Below, one piece after another: positions 23,945-36,009 of a stretch of DNA of 64,000 bases. Positions within the stretch are counted from its first letter, which is position 1. Each line of letters begins with the position of its first letter. The position numbers were made by a program, and so were the translations under genes. This DNA is from Vicugna vicugna (taxonomy: Eukaryota), in contig MU058824.1 of the NCBI GenBank assembly GCA_013265495.1, positions 1,267,111 through 1,331,110 of the forward strand, given 5' to 3'. The notes beneath the pieces were generated by a model, which searched no databases, was not told the DNA's origin, and saw only the letters and a program-made list of their open reading frames with translations.

Positions 23945-25699
23945 CTATAGGAAGCAGGCATTCTCTAATTAATAACTGCACTTGGCAACTGAAAAAGAAT
24001 GATGTATTTCTGCACCTAGGACTTGAAAAGATGTCCATAACACAGGATTAAGAGGAAGAAAAAGTTGCAGAAAAACAGACGTCAAAAGGCAGAATTACAC
24101 AGTGGTTTCCCTTCACAGGCTCTGGTACCCACTGCTGGACTGGAACCCTGCTTTGCCACTTACTAGGAATGTGACCTGCAGCAAGTCAGGTAACCTGTGG
24201 CTCAGGTTCCTCATCTACAAATAGGGGATCCTAATTCCTACCTCATGGGGTCATTTTTGAGGATTATATGTTACAAAGCTAATGCAAGAAAACAGCGCCT
24301 GACCTAGAGTTAGCAGTTGATAAATGTTCATTGTCAGTGTGGTCTATATTTGTAAAAGTATATGTGTTTTATAATCGTTGCATATATTATCATCACTATA
24401 ATTTACATAATTATTATATATAACATATAAAATAGATAGATATGTACATCTGAGTGTGTGCAGATAAACCACACACACTTGGCTAAACCACAGTATTTAA
24501 TATTGGTTTCCTCCATAGGACAGGACAGGAAACTACTATTTTGGTTCATACAACTCCGCACTGATTCAACTGTTACCACAAGCACACATTTCTTCTGCAA
24601 TTTAAAAAACAAACGGAGTCCCTCAAGCAAAGAAAAAGACATTCTGCTAAGATGAATGCCCACCTGTTACGGGCTGGGCCCTGGCTAACCATGCCCTGTG
24701 CACTCCCTCATGTCATCCACCCGCTGGCCCATCTGTCCTACCCACAAGGACCTCCCTGCCACCTTGCAGCCAGTGGGCATAGCCAAGGCAGGAGTCCCAT
24801 GTTTGCAGTCTCCCCACAGAGTGTGTGTCCTGCTCTGATTTGCACATTTGCACTTTATGATTATTAACTCCATTTTGCAAAGGAGGAACAAGGTCCCACA
24901 GAGAGTAAGAGCTGGGAGGGCCCCTGAAGCCAGTCCTTTCCAGACACACTGTGCTCACACATGTCCCCTGGGGAGGACAGTGTCGGGGGCAGATGCTGAA
25001 CTACTCAAGGGACTCTGCGCCCACACGCACTGAAAAGGCTGAATGCCCAGGAGCGGTCAGCCCCTCACAATCACTCTCACGTCCTCCCCGCTCTGACCAC
25101 CAGGGGGTGCTGTGCTCGCAGCTGGAGGGACCTCAGGCCTCTGCGTCCCCACCCCGGGGATGGAGGTTGGGGTGGCGTGCCCTGGGCCAAGAGGGTGTCA
25201 GGACCCTTGGAGTAAAACTCTTGGGAGGCTCTCCCCAGCCAGGGGCAGGGCGAGGGGTTCAGCGCCTTCCTCCGCACTGTCTGAGCTCTCTCGACGAGAA
25301 CGGGACCTCCCAGCCAGTCTGCTGTTTCCGTTTGGCCTTGCGTCTGCCACAGAAGCCTTCTGGAGGATCCCAGGGGACAGGCGAGCTGTGCTAAGACTGT
25401 GTCCCATCTCCTCTGCACTTGCCCCTTAGTCCAGGAGAGGTCCTCACCCTGCAGCCTCGGCCCCCTCCTCGCGCCCCAACCCACTGCCGCTGCATTCAAC
25501 CCTCTCATCTGCCCGGGAGGCAGGGGCTGTGGACACTCCCAGTGGACAGTGAAGGAATCCAAAGCTTAGAAATGTCAAGCAGCTTGCCTAGGCCCGACAG
25601 CAAATAGGTGGCTGAGCAAGGCTTCCGTCCAAAGGGTCTGCTCTCGGCCAGCAGTCTTTCCACAGCTACGCCCTGATTTCTACCCCCTGGTATTATGAC

Positions 25700-26170
25700 T
25701 TTATTAAATTATTATACAATTTTTTCAATTCAGTACTGTATACCTTCTGTCACCCACTGACTTCCCAAGTTTAGTTGTTAAAATAACATTTATTTACTGA
25801 TGCAGAAGTGAAGGGAATGATACATGGGATTTTAGAAGACTTGTGAAATACACAAGTACAAAAAGACAATCAAAACTTACAACCCTGCCACCCAGAGATA
25901 ACCACTCACAGTATTTAGTTGTCCATTATTCTAACATACACACACACAGTGCTCTACATGGCTAAATATAGATATAAATAACATATATTCAAATTTAGGG
26001 TCACAGCACACATATAGTTTTGAAATATGCTTTTTTCATGGAATACATCATGAGTGTGTCCCTGGGTCATTAAATCTTGTGTCACCAATTCCAGGGCTGT
26101 ACACATGAATGAAATACAGTTTGCCCAATCAATCTCTACTGTGGGCAGTCTGGGTTGTTCTTCACTTTGT
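25700..26170 (-). mobile_element. Old L1M remnant
   Basis: ccacccagagataaccactcacagtatttag...atatagttttgaaatatgctttttt...caatctctactgtgggcagtctgggttgtt. Confidence 0.5.
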
Positions 26171-26974
26171 ACCTAAATCTCAGTGCTCTGGTTTGGCTGT
26201 AACTTCCATCTGAATGGTTACCCCTCTGATAAAGGGCAGAAAATGCAGGCTGACCTCAGACCGTGGGCACGTCAAGCTGCTGTCTGGGGGATCCTGGAGG
26301 ATCCTGGACTTCTGCCAGGGCTTCTCTGTATGGCTGGGCAGGGGTCAGAGCCCTGGACGGGGAGCCAGGAGGCCAGCACGCCCCCAGGGCCTGCCGCTGA
26401 CCTCCTGTGTGCTTGCCCTCCTCTGGCCATCAGTTAGCTTCCCCCATGTGTCAACAGGAGTTTAGACGGCGTGATCCTCTGAGAGTTGGCGAGTCTGTGG
26501 CCGAGGCCGGAAAGAGTAGGGACTGTGGAGTCAGGCCTGGATGCTGGCTCAGTCCCACCATTCACTAGCTGTGTGACCGTGGGCACGTCACCCACCTTTC
26601 CAAGCATCGGTTTTTCCATCTGTAAAATACTGGCTAATACTAGCAACTAGGTGACGTGCTGTCGGGACTGGAGACAGGGGACATAAACACTTGGTACACA
26701 GTAAGTATTTAACAAGCAGCCACAATTATCACACGCTTTTCTGTTAAGCCCTAGGCCCTTCTGGAGGGGTGGAGTCTAGGGGTTAAATGTTCTAGGGTTC
26801 TGCCATTTATGAGCCTTGGATCCTCAGCTGGATGGCATAACCTCTCTGACTCAAATTCCCCATCTCATTTGTAAAATGAGAATGATTATAGTTCCTTCCT
26901 CAAAGGGATGAGGAAAGTTAAGTGAGGTGCTCTGCGTTACACCCACCACCTATGAAGGTGCCTCGGGGACTTGC

Positions 26975-27122
26975 CTTGCTCAGGGCTGCCGTGCAGGACG
27001 ACACTCAGGTTGGTGGTTTCCTGGGTCCCCTCAGGTACAGGTTCGCCGGAAAGCTCCGCATCCTCAGAGGGAGGGGATGGAGTTGGAGGTGTGTTTATGG
27101 GTTCCACTTCTGTTTCTCTAGA
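26975..27122 (-). CDS. COL15A1: COL15A1 exon 6 (148 bp), followed by a GC donor
   Basis: cccttcag|TCT...CAAG|gcaagt; SRETEVEPINTPPTPSPPSEDAELSGEPVPEGTQETTNLSVVLHGSPEQ(G); the phase-1 end fits exon 7. Confidence 0.93.
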
Positions 27123-30100
27123 CTGAAGGGAGGAAAAATGAGACCCGAAAAGATTTAGTTGGCAGAAAAGCAGAAAAGAGGTTGGTATCATTGGAGAAAA
27201 TACCGTCTCCACAAGAGCTGAATACACCCAGAAGAAATCTAGAACCGTGAACCTCTCAGGGCCTAAAAAAGATGCATGGTGTGGTAATGAAATGCTGTTC
27301 AGTTTATAGCAAGACTCTGCTATTCTCAGCTGAAGCTCTCTGAACATAGAGACCACATTTCTGTGATCCTTGGATCCCAGGCCAGCACAGAGAGGTGCTC
27401 AGTAAAGATCTGGTAGAGGAAAGGAGGGAGGGAGGGAGAGGGGGAGGAAGGAAGGGGGAAGCTGCACTCAGTAAAAGCTGCATAAATCCAATCCCAGGCA
27501 CACACTGGTCACATATTCCTGTGAAAATAAAAGATTAGGGTATGGTTTCCTTTCTGGAAAACGTCAGCTTCTGTATAGCTTTTCCAAAGCCAGTCAACAT
27601 CTTAACCACCTTTACCAACTAGGAAAAAACAAACACACAAAAAACTCCAACAGCTGCAAACACAGCAGTTCAGAGATCTAGGCGGAAATCCCGATAAACA
27701 GTAGCAAAGGTCAATCCCAGACCCAGGATCAGGTAGCAGCTCCTGTGACCCAGGGCTTGTCAGTTGTCTGTCTCATCACTTTCTGAGCTCAAGGGGCTGG
27801 GCGTGAATGGAAGGATTCTGCTGATCAATGCTGTACCTGTGATACGAACAAGAAGCAACTAAGACACTAAGATCTCAGGATAAGTGACTTACCATAGCCA
27901 TCACTTACTTACCTATCCTGGCTAATAACAGAAGGTGATTTCCTTAATGTCAGAATCCAGGGTACCAGTGATGAATCTCTGGTCCATCAGAACAAGGAGG
28001 ATTCATATGGACCCCTAATTTAGGACTTAATGGTTCAGTTTTTCCAATCAAACTGGGGTCAAATCCCAGCTCTCCAGTTATTAGCTATGTTATGTTGGGC
28101 AAGTCACATAAGCTCACTGAGCCTCAGCTTCCTCCTCTGTAGAGTGGGACTAATAATGAATACTTACAGGGTATAACATGCAAGGTGCTCAGCATAGGAC
28201 TAGGCCCACAGTATAAATGGTACTTATCATCAACATCAAGAGCATTCTAAATTTTGAGAAAGAATATCACCTCAACAGTCACTTTCTCTGGGTGTTGCTA
28301 TTAAAGGTGATTACCTGTTTGTTCATCTACACTTGTAGTTTTTTCAATAGGAATATTGAAATGGAATATTTGTGTCCTAAAAAAAAGATACAGTTTCTTG
28401 TATTATAAACCTCCAGGGTGGAGGCAGGGATAGATGGCTTCAAGAAGCTGAGCCCTGAAGAATGAACAGAGTTTCAGAAAACAGGGATGGAAGGGTCGAT
28501 GAAGTGAGAAAGGTCACAGCACTGCCAGGGCCTGACCACCTGTGCTCGGCAGGCAACATGGAGGGAAGCAGAGGGATGGAGGCTGGGAAGGAGAGAGAGG
28601 GAGGGGGCTGGTTCTGCGGTGAGAAGTCTGGCCTTCAACTGGGAGCAACGGACACGCCCCTTGGGTATCAGGCTGGGGGAGATGTGAGTAGGTATGTACT
28701 TCAGGGAGTTCACCCTGGTGCCAATGAGAGCATGGATTTGGGGAGTTGAGGTTTAGGCAGGCCACCAGCAGGTTGTACTAAAGAAGCCGAGTAAGGCAGG
28801 AACCAGGGTAGAGCAGTGGGAGCAGAGAGCAGGCAGCCCCCAGGAGACGCTGGGAAGAAGACCAGGTAAGACCTCCGCGTTTCCCGCAGCTGCATGGTGA
28901 CCTAGCAGGGCGGTAAGGACCCCCGCCCCAGGCAGCTCCTCTCCTCTCCCTGCCAAGGGTCCGGAGGAAGACACCTCATCATGGCTCCCTGATGGTGCCA
29001 AGAAAGCTCATGTCTAGCCTGGAGCAAGGCTGCTGGTGGCTGGAAGCCCAGTTGCTTTAAAAGGGACTTGGGATTTGAGACAAGGCAGGTAGGGCAGGGT
29101 GGCTGAGCTCAGCAACTCAAGGTGGCAGAGGTAGAGAAATCACAGACTCCAGCCCGTCAGCTAAAAGCCTCTTTTAGCAAACTCTCAACAAGGCAGCCAT
29201 GAGCCCTGGGTTCAAGGGCAGAGCCGGTGAGCTGACCCTCGGTGGTCAGAGTCAGGTGTCCTGACTCCAACAGGTGGCTGCTGGTTTTCAGGGATTAGTG
29301 TGGATGGAGAACCAGTGTGGCTGATCCCTGGGATGCAGAAATGAATGAATAAGAAAGGCATCTCTTCTCACGCTGTTGGACTGTCAGGGAGAAGACACAG
29401 ACCCAGGCCGAGACACCACTACTGTGACTGAATGTGACTTGGGAGTGCAGAAGTGAGAGCCAAGCGTGAGGAGGGAAGCTTGACCATGGACTCCAATGAG
29501 GGGCTGTGGACGGGATCCTGAAGGACAAGTGGGTAATAGGCAAGCAGAGAAGGGGTGGGCAGGGGCCCTCCGGGCAAACAGACTTCAGGAGTCAAGGCAT
29601 GGACGAGGGGTGAAGGGCTTGGTGTGCTAGGAAACTGAGAGCATTTGGGTGTAGCTGGAAGAGAGGTCCGCTGTGGATCAGAATCACCTACAGAGCTTCG
29701 TGTAAGAAGACTCTCAGACCTCACTCCAGACCAACTGAATCTGAATGTCCGGGTATGCAGCCCAGGCAAGAGGCTTTTTTAAAGACTCTCCCCTAGCACC
29801 TCCCTCTCTGCACATGCCCAGCCCCTCCCCAGCTCTGATGCACAGCCAGGGCTGAGAACCATAGGGTATTAATTCTAACTCAGCAAAGATAGAACTTTCC
29901 AGAAATGGAAAGGTGTGTCAGGAGATGCTGACTTAGCAGGGGGAAGAATGGGGGAACAGGGACTCCTACCCTAAATGGGGAAGGAGGCGAGGAGGGGCTG
30001 GCTTTTAAGTCCCTGACCGTGATTCAGTTTGCCAGTCATGGCTTGTGTCTTGGAGAGTGGCAGGTTGGAAAGGGTGAGGACAGGGAAGTGAGATTCATTC

Positions 30101-31735
30101 CAAGAGAGAAGCCAGACAGAGAGGGGAGGGGAACGTCTGAGCCAAAGAGGGAAATTCCCCGTCCCTGGAGGGGGTGGCCAGAGAGGGGAGCCACGGGCCC
30201 TTCCAGGAGCTGGTGAAAGGGGGAAGCCCCGCTGGCGGCGATGTGACTGACAGTGGCCTGGGCCCGGCTGCAGACCTAGCTCTGCAGCCTGCAGGCTGGG
30301 CAGCCTCAGGCAAATGTCTACACTCCCAGATGCCTCTGTGCCTCCCCTGGGGTTAAAACCTCATGGTCATCTCATGCTCTCAGACCCCACTACCCTTTCC
30401 TGTCCTTCCCTCAGGGCCACCTTGGGTTATTAGCATCTCTGCCTGAGTCAGCCTCACTCCTGGCTGTGACTGGTACACTGGGGGGCAGCACCAGGCTAGA
30501 AAGCCCAAGGGACCACTGCCCTGTACCATCCTGCCCTGTGCCCTGGACACGCCAATGTGGTGGCCAAGGGCTGATGGGCACACAGGGCTGTAACATTGCC
30601 CAGAGCAGCCATGCCCCAGTCACCATCCAGGTGGGCACATTGGACCCTTGACATTCTCCATCCCAGCTGCCTCCAAATTGGCTGTGGCCCTGGGGGTGCA
30701 CCTCTCCAACATTGCCCAGGCCAGCAGCACAAGTTCATGGCCTAAACCCTGGATGGGGCATGAAGGGAACAGCTCAGCTCTAGGGCCAGTCTCTTTCTCA
30801 CTCTGGGCCTCAGTTTGCCCATCTGTACAAAGGGCGGTTTTCTGTACAACTCTGTATAGAAAGAGGTGACCTCTCAGTCCCTCCTATGCAAACAGACTCT
30901 GGTCCTATTCTGTCCTACCCACACCTCTGCTACTGGAGGTCTACAATTTATAGCCCCCGCCTTATTTCCAACTCTCTGCTTTCTTCTGTCAAAGATGAGT
31001 TTATGGACTGAGACAGGCCAATCAAGGAGATCGCTGGGGCTTCTGTGTTCAATGACTCAGACACCACTGGCTGTTTTCATTAAAACAGGCCCGTTAGTGT
31101 CTCCACAGTCTGATTCAGTGCTTTTAAAACCACTTCCTTGTCTCTGCCACAGGGCACATTCCCAGGAGGGAGGAGGCCCACACCACTGGGAGCATGGCTG
31201 CCTTTCCCATGGGGCCAGAACCGAGCTCCTAGGAGGACTATGCATCTCACAGGAGTGGGGTTCCTGACTTCCTTCTTACAGCTACAGCCCCAAGAAAATG
31301 TGACAACGGCCACCATTCAGGGCTGCTGCCCTTGTGCCAGGCACTGGGCTGAGACCTCCCCTGCACTGCCTCCTCTAACCTTACAACAACCCCATGAGAT
31401 AGCACACTGTTTGCTGCATTATGGAAAAGGGGCTGAGGCTCAGAGGGGCTGAGTAAGCCACGCAAGTTCACACAGCTGGGAGGTGACAGAGCACAACGTT
31501 TGCCTTTGGACAGCCCTCTCATGGCCACAGCACAAAGTAGCACTCAGCCAACAGCATTCTTGTGTACTGGGGATTTTGCAAAACATCCATTGGCCAGTCT
31601 TCTCTTGACCTCCCCAGGTGAGCCATCCAATGAAGTCACAGATCTGAGAATGGAGACCAGCGCTCTGGGCTCTCCGATAACCCCCAGCCTCCTAAAAGCC
31701 GACCAAGATGACACAGCACAGCACCCAGTACTCAC

Positions 31736-31816
31736 CGGGGCTTGAGTGAAGGTGACAGCTTCTAAGATCTCAGCCACTTCGTCTGTCTCCTGAAGCCCGC
31801 TGGTCTCTCCCGATGC
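31736..31816 (-). CDS. COL15A1: COL15A1 exon 5 (81 bp)
   Basis: catacag|GCA...CCG|gtgagt; ASGETSGLQETDEVAEILEAVTFTQAP. Confidence 0.96.
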
Positions 31817-32439
31817 CTGTATGAAGACAAATCATGCCAGGCAGAGCAGGTTACAACTAACTGGGCAAGTCACAGGAACCATTCCCATGGAGGAACAGCG
31901 AGTGTGGGAAAGGGAAGGAGGGAGAGATGGAGATGGACAGAGGCAGAGAGAGTGGGATGGAGGACAGAGCACGCATCTTGGCTATTCTTTTTGTTTCCTT
32001 CATCATTTTATTGCTCAAACAGACAGAAAACTATAATCAATGGACAGTCCAACATACCTACTTGCATTCTGTCCAGGTGCCCTGAATCTCTGTCAAAAGG
32101 GCCTCCCAATCTTTGCATGGCTGTCATTGGAATTTCCTGCTGGGAACCGTTACGTTTGAAGTGCGTCCTCCCTTTGCTAGCTCATCTGCACTGTTACCCC
32201 TCTAACGGCAGCCGGGACACCCGCATGCCATGGTTCTGCAGCTGACTCGTGGACCCTTGGGTCATTTCTATTTGTCCAATACTAACATGCAGAGAGGAAG
32301 GAATCCATGCACACAAGGCTCCCCTTCTCTCAGCGTCATATGAGTGAATGCCAGGCCAGGAGCATGGCCTCAAGGAGAGCAAATATTCTCACAGAGCCAA
32401 AGTCCACCTCTGAGGGCTCTCCAACTACACTGTTAGCAT

Positions 32440-32618
32440 TTTTTTTTAATTGAAGTATAGTCCATTTACAACTTTGTGTTAATTTCTGGTGTACAGCATA
32501 GTGATTCATTTATGTATATATATATATATATATTCCTTTTCATATTCTTTATCATAATAGGCCATTACCAGCTATTGAATACAGTTCCCTGTGCTACACA
32601 GTAAGACCTTGTTTATCT
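32440..32618 (-). mobile_element. Truncated LINE-1 3' end (artiodactyl type) with (TA)n
   Basis: poly-T then aattgaagtatagt...tacaactttgtgttaatttctggtgtacagcatagtgattca...ttgaatacagttccctgtgctacacagta. Confidence 0.8.
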
Positions 32619-33462
32619 CATCCCCGGTCCTAGGACCACAGGCAATCAGCATTTTTCACTAAATGAATGAAATCAGCTAATGTTTAGCTTTGGGGCTGAC
32701 AGCACCCAAAGAGGTGCAGAAACTCTGGGAATCAGCCACATTCCGCCTTCCTCTGGCTTTTCTGTGCCATGCCATGGCTCCTGCCTGGACCACCTTTTCT
32801 TCTTCACCTGGCTGACACTGGCTTGTCACTCATCAGGCATCAACTCCTCTCCAACTGGGTCCCAGTTCCTCCTCCTCCACCTTCCTGCCCCCACCCAACC
32901 TGTAGAGTTTGGGTCTTAGGACCAGTTACCCTCAGCTCCGTCACTGCATTTGAGTGTGTAAGTTTGAGTCAGCATCTGGAGGATGAAGGCAGTTCCCAGT
33001 TTATCCCTTTATCGCCGGTATCTCCCCAGGTCTGTCACCTAGCAGATGCTCAGTAAATCCCGGAGGGAGGAAGGGAGGGAGGGACGGGGAAAGGACCCAT
33101 CTTAACCACCCACCCCATCTACCACTCCCACAGTGGAGGAAATGATTCATTTGCCAAGCATAAAAGCTAAATTTAGATTTATTTTCATAAGGATTTACAC
33201 CCAGAATGTCTTAAGAGTTTTAACTTTGATTTTAGAATCCTGACACCCTTTCTTGGCAGGAAGTCTGGAAACCAGGCCATTTCATTGACTGGTACAGCCA
33301 CGGAAGAACCTAACACCTTAGAAGAAACACAACCTGCCTCCCCCCAACACACACCAAAGAGATGGCTGAAGCTCTTAAAAATAATAATAAAGCCAAAAAG
33401 CCCAAAATAGGACTTGAGGCAGCGCCTGCCAAGATGAGAGATTTCAGAGACTCCATGACGTC

Positions 33463-33623
33463 GGGGGTGAAGAATTGCCTGGGGGCCTTGTCTGGCTGAC
33501 TGGCTGCTGGGGCCGCAGGGCCCACTGTTGCGGGTGGGGTGTTGGGGGGTGAAGAATTGCCTGGGGGCCTTGTCTGGCTGACTGGCTGCTGGGGCCGCAG
33601 GGCCCACTGTTGGGGGTGGGGTG
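33463..33623. repeat. Tandem duplication, 82-bp period, 2 copies
   Basis: gggggtgaagaattgcctgggggccttgtctggctgactggctgctggggccgcagggcccactgttg(c/g)gggtggggtg at 33463-33541 and 33545-33623; one mismatch. Confidence 0.97.
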
Positions 33624-33633
33624 AGGGGCTCAC

Positions 33634-33708
33634 CGAGGAGTCTTCAGCTTCACACAGCATCTCGGGAGTCCTGGGGTCGGGGTGGACGGTGAGCTGCTGT
33701 ATGGCGCC
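33634..33708 (-). CDS. COL15A1: COL15A1 exon 4 (75 bp)
   Basis: tttttcccag|GGC...TCG|gtgagc; GAIQQLTVHPDPRTPEMLCEAEDSS. Confidence 0.96.
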
Positions 33709-34723
33709 CTGGGAAAAAGCAGAGGGGAGGGGTCAGAAGCCACGTCTGCAGCGTGAGCACCCATGGGAGACACGACTGTTTTTGTAAAGGAGAAGAGCCA
33801 GGTAAAAGGCAGGAGTGAGAAGAGCTGCCCGCAGCCGAGACTAGGAAACCAAGCCACCTACTACAGGCCCACTCTCCTTTAGGGGGACTCTCCTCAGGCC
33901 ATTGTAACATGAGCGCTGCTAACTAGAGAGGTCCTTGGAGAGCACGGTGTTCAAGGCACAGGCTAACAGCAGCCTCCTAACTGGTCCCCAGGTCCCCAGC
34001 TTGTCAGCGGCAAGCCCTCAAATGCACACCTCCTCCACCAAAATGTGTCCTTCCTGTGGCTCAAAGCTTCCCAGCTGGAAGGACTTGTCCCCAGAGCAGC
34101 TCTCAACCAGCCTCCCTGCCTCCACTCCCGCCTCCCCTCCCCACACCTGACAGTCCGCTCTCCATGACCTGTCTTGAATCAGTTGGGCGGGTATCAGTAA
34201 GGATACGTGCTGACTACATGAGTAACTACAGTAACCTAGGGATTTGCTTTAGAATTCATAAAAGCCCATTGATAGTAAAATCAGTTTTCCAGTATTTTTT
34301 CAGGGCATACTGTCCAAAAGGAGAGAGAGAAAGCACCTCACACTCTGGCCTTCCTGCTAATGCACCTCTGCAGAAACTACTCACATGCAACCACCACCCC
34401 TTTCCAAAGATAAAAGTCACTAAAGGAGATAACAAGCCTTACCCTTTTTATAACGCCTTAAACATACAAAATGCTTTCACATAGGCTGGCTCACGTGATT
34501 CCACAACCCTATGGCCCAAGTTTTCTCATCCCCACTTATAGAAAAAAACAAAACAAAACACAGAGAGGATCAGAGAATCCAGATACTTTCTAAAATCCTC
34601 AGGCTAAACTGAAAACTCAGGGCTGGAATCCAGGTTTTTTTGTTCCAGGCCTAGCTTTCTTCCCACCATACATACATGCCTTTTTGACGACATAAGAATA
34701 AACTAACAACAAGAACTGCTGGT

Positions 34724-34840
34724 GGGGAGGGTATAGCTCAATGGTAGAGTACATGCTTAGCATGCATCAGGGCCTGGGTTCCATCCCCAGTACTTCCATT
34801 AAAAATTAGTTAATTAATAATTTAAAACATAAAATACAAA
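34724..34840 (+). mobile_element. tRNA-Ala-derived SINE (camelid vic-1 type)
   Basis: ggggagggtatagctcaatggtagagtacatgcttagcatgca...gggttccatccccagtacttcca (A box, AGC anticodon arm, B box), A-rich tail, imperfect TSD aagaactgctggt (34711-34723) / aagaatggctgct (34841-34853). Confidence 0.88.
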
Positions 34841-34907
34841 AAGAATGGCTGCTCGTGTTTGTTGTACAGAGTCCAGCAACCCCCTGATCCGCAGGATTCG
34901 GACTCAC

Positions 34908-35455
34908 GGTGAATCTTTCCAGCCCCGTGGCTCCTGCATTGCCCACGAAGATTCCTGCACTGGGCTCGAAGGTCAAGGCCCGGGAGGACCTCGGGAAGGG
35001 GACGTGGCTGTGCTCCTCGCAGTCCACGAGGAGAGTTACTTCCTCGCCCTGGACAACCAGGGCAAAGCGGTTCCACCTGTGGGTCATCACAGGCACCGGG
35101 AAGGCGGCAGCCTCGTGGGACACCTGGGAGCCAGGCTCCGTGTAGTAGAGGATGACCCGCTGGTGGCCATCCTGCACGCCCGAGAGCCGCAGGCCCAGGT
35201 AGATGACCTTCTGGAAGGCATCTGTGATAGCAAAGAGCACCCCTCCTTGGGCGCTGCTGGGCTTCACCGTCACGCTGATGGCAAAGTCTCTGAAGAAGGT
35301 GGGCGGGATGAGGGTCCTGGCTGGGCGGCCAACGTTGGCGCCAGGCCCAAAGCTGTAGGCCGGGAAGCCACCATAGCCGGTGACAAAGGACACGGATGAG
35401 GGCAGCGGGACGCCGATGAGCTCCGTGAGGTCCAGGTGGCCCTGGGAAGCCAATT
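34908..35455 (-). CDS. COL15A1: COL15A1 exon 3 (548 bp), thrombospondin N-terminal/laminin-G-like domain
   Basis: ccctgcag|AATTGGCT ... TTCACC|gtgagt; encodes (E)LASQGHLDLTELIGVPLP...GNAGATGLERFT; inside ORF 34806..35483(-). Confidence 0.98.
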
Positions 35456-35578
35456 CTGCAGGGAGGGAGAGAGAGGAGACCACGCTTCACACATAGATTC
35501 TACTACGCTTGGAACTGAGGAAGAGATGTCACGAACGACATGGGATCCTTTGGGAACCCACTGGAGTTTCATAATTAC

Positions 35579-35850
35579 TGTTTTTCAAACTGTTTTGACA
35601 ACGACCCACAGTAAAAAATGTATCTAAATTGCAATCCAATGTGCATGTTTAGACAAATACACATCTGTAACACCGAAACAAATGTTTCATAAAATATTAT
35701 TTACTTTTAATACTTACCAGGCATTCTGATATTTCCCCTTCTGTTTAATAATTCTTTTTCTCTTCTATTTCACTAAAAACATGCTGGAAACAACCTGCCA
35801 AATTGATTTCATTACCCGCTAACAAGTCATGATGTGCAGTTTTGAAAACA
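35579..35850. mobile_element. hAT/Charlie-like non-autonomous DNA transposon remnant
   Basis: Imperfect terminal inverted repeats tgtttttcaaactg ... cagttttgaaaaca around an AT-rich core. Confidence 0.55.
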
Positions 35851-35864
35851 TTTAAGAATATTCT

Positions 35865-36009
35865 GGAGGGAGGTTATAGCTCAGTGGTAGTGCATACTTG
35901 GCATTCACAAGGTCCTGAGTTCAATCCCCAGCACCGCCGTTAAACAAACAAACAAACAAGCAAACCTAATTACCTCCTCCCCCAAACAAAACAAAACAAA
36001 AAAACTCCA
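35865..36009 (+). mobile_element. tRNA-Ala-derived SINE (camelid vic-1 type)
   Basis: ggagggaggttatagctcagtggtagtgcatacttggcatt...gagttcaatccccagcacc, (aaac)n tail, exact TSD aagaatattc at 35854-35863 and 36010-36019. Confidence 0.88.

Larger units (their letters stand above)
1513..35455 (-). other. COL15A1: COL15A1 collagen type XV alpha 1, partial gene (span of the 19 coding exons seen; gene continues beyond both window ends)
   Basis: Exons with ag/gt (one gc) boundaries splice into one open frame of 2327 nt: TSPN domain (ASQGHLDLTELIGVPLPSSVSFVTGYGGFPAYSFGPGANVGRPART...), EGSG/GSGSG motifs and interrupted Gly-X-Y repeats that I recognise as collagen XV. Confidence 0.98.

Noticed and set aside
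34724..34796. Functional tRNA-Ala gene
   Set aside because: Stem mismatches, A-rich tail and flanking TSD indicate a SINE.
34806..34907. Extension of the exon 3 ORF into the intron as a truncated TSPN-only isoform
   Set aside because: Strong gtgagt donor at 34907; the extension runs into a SINE tail and there is no evidence of use.
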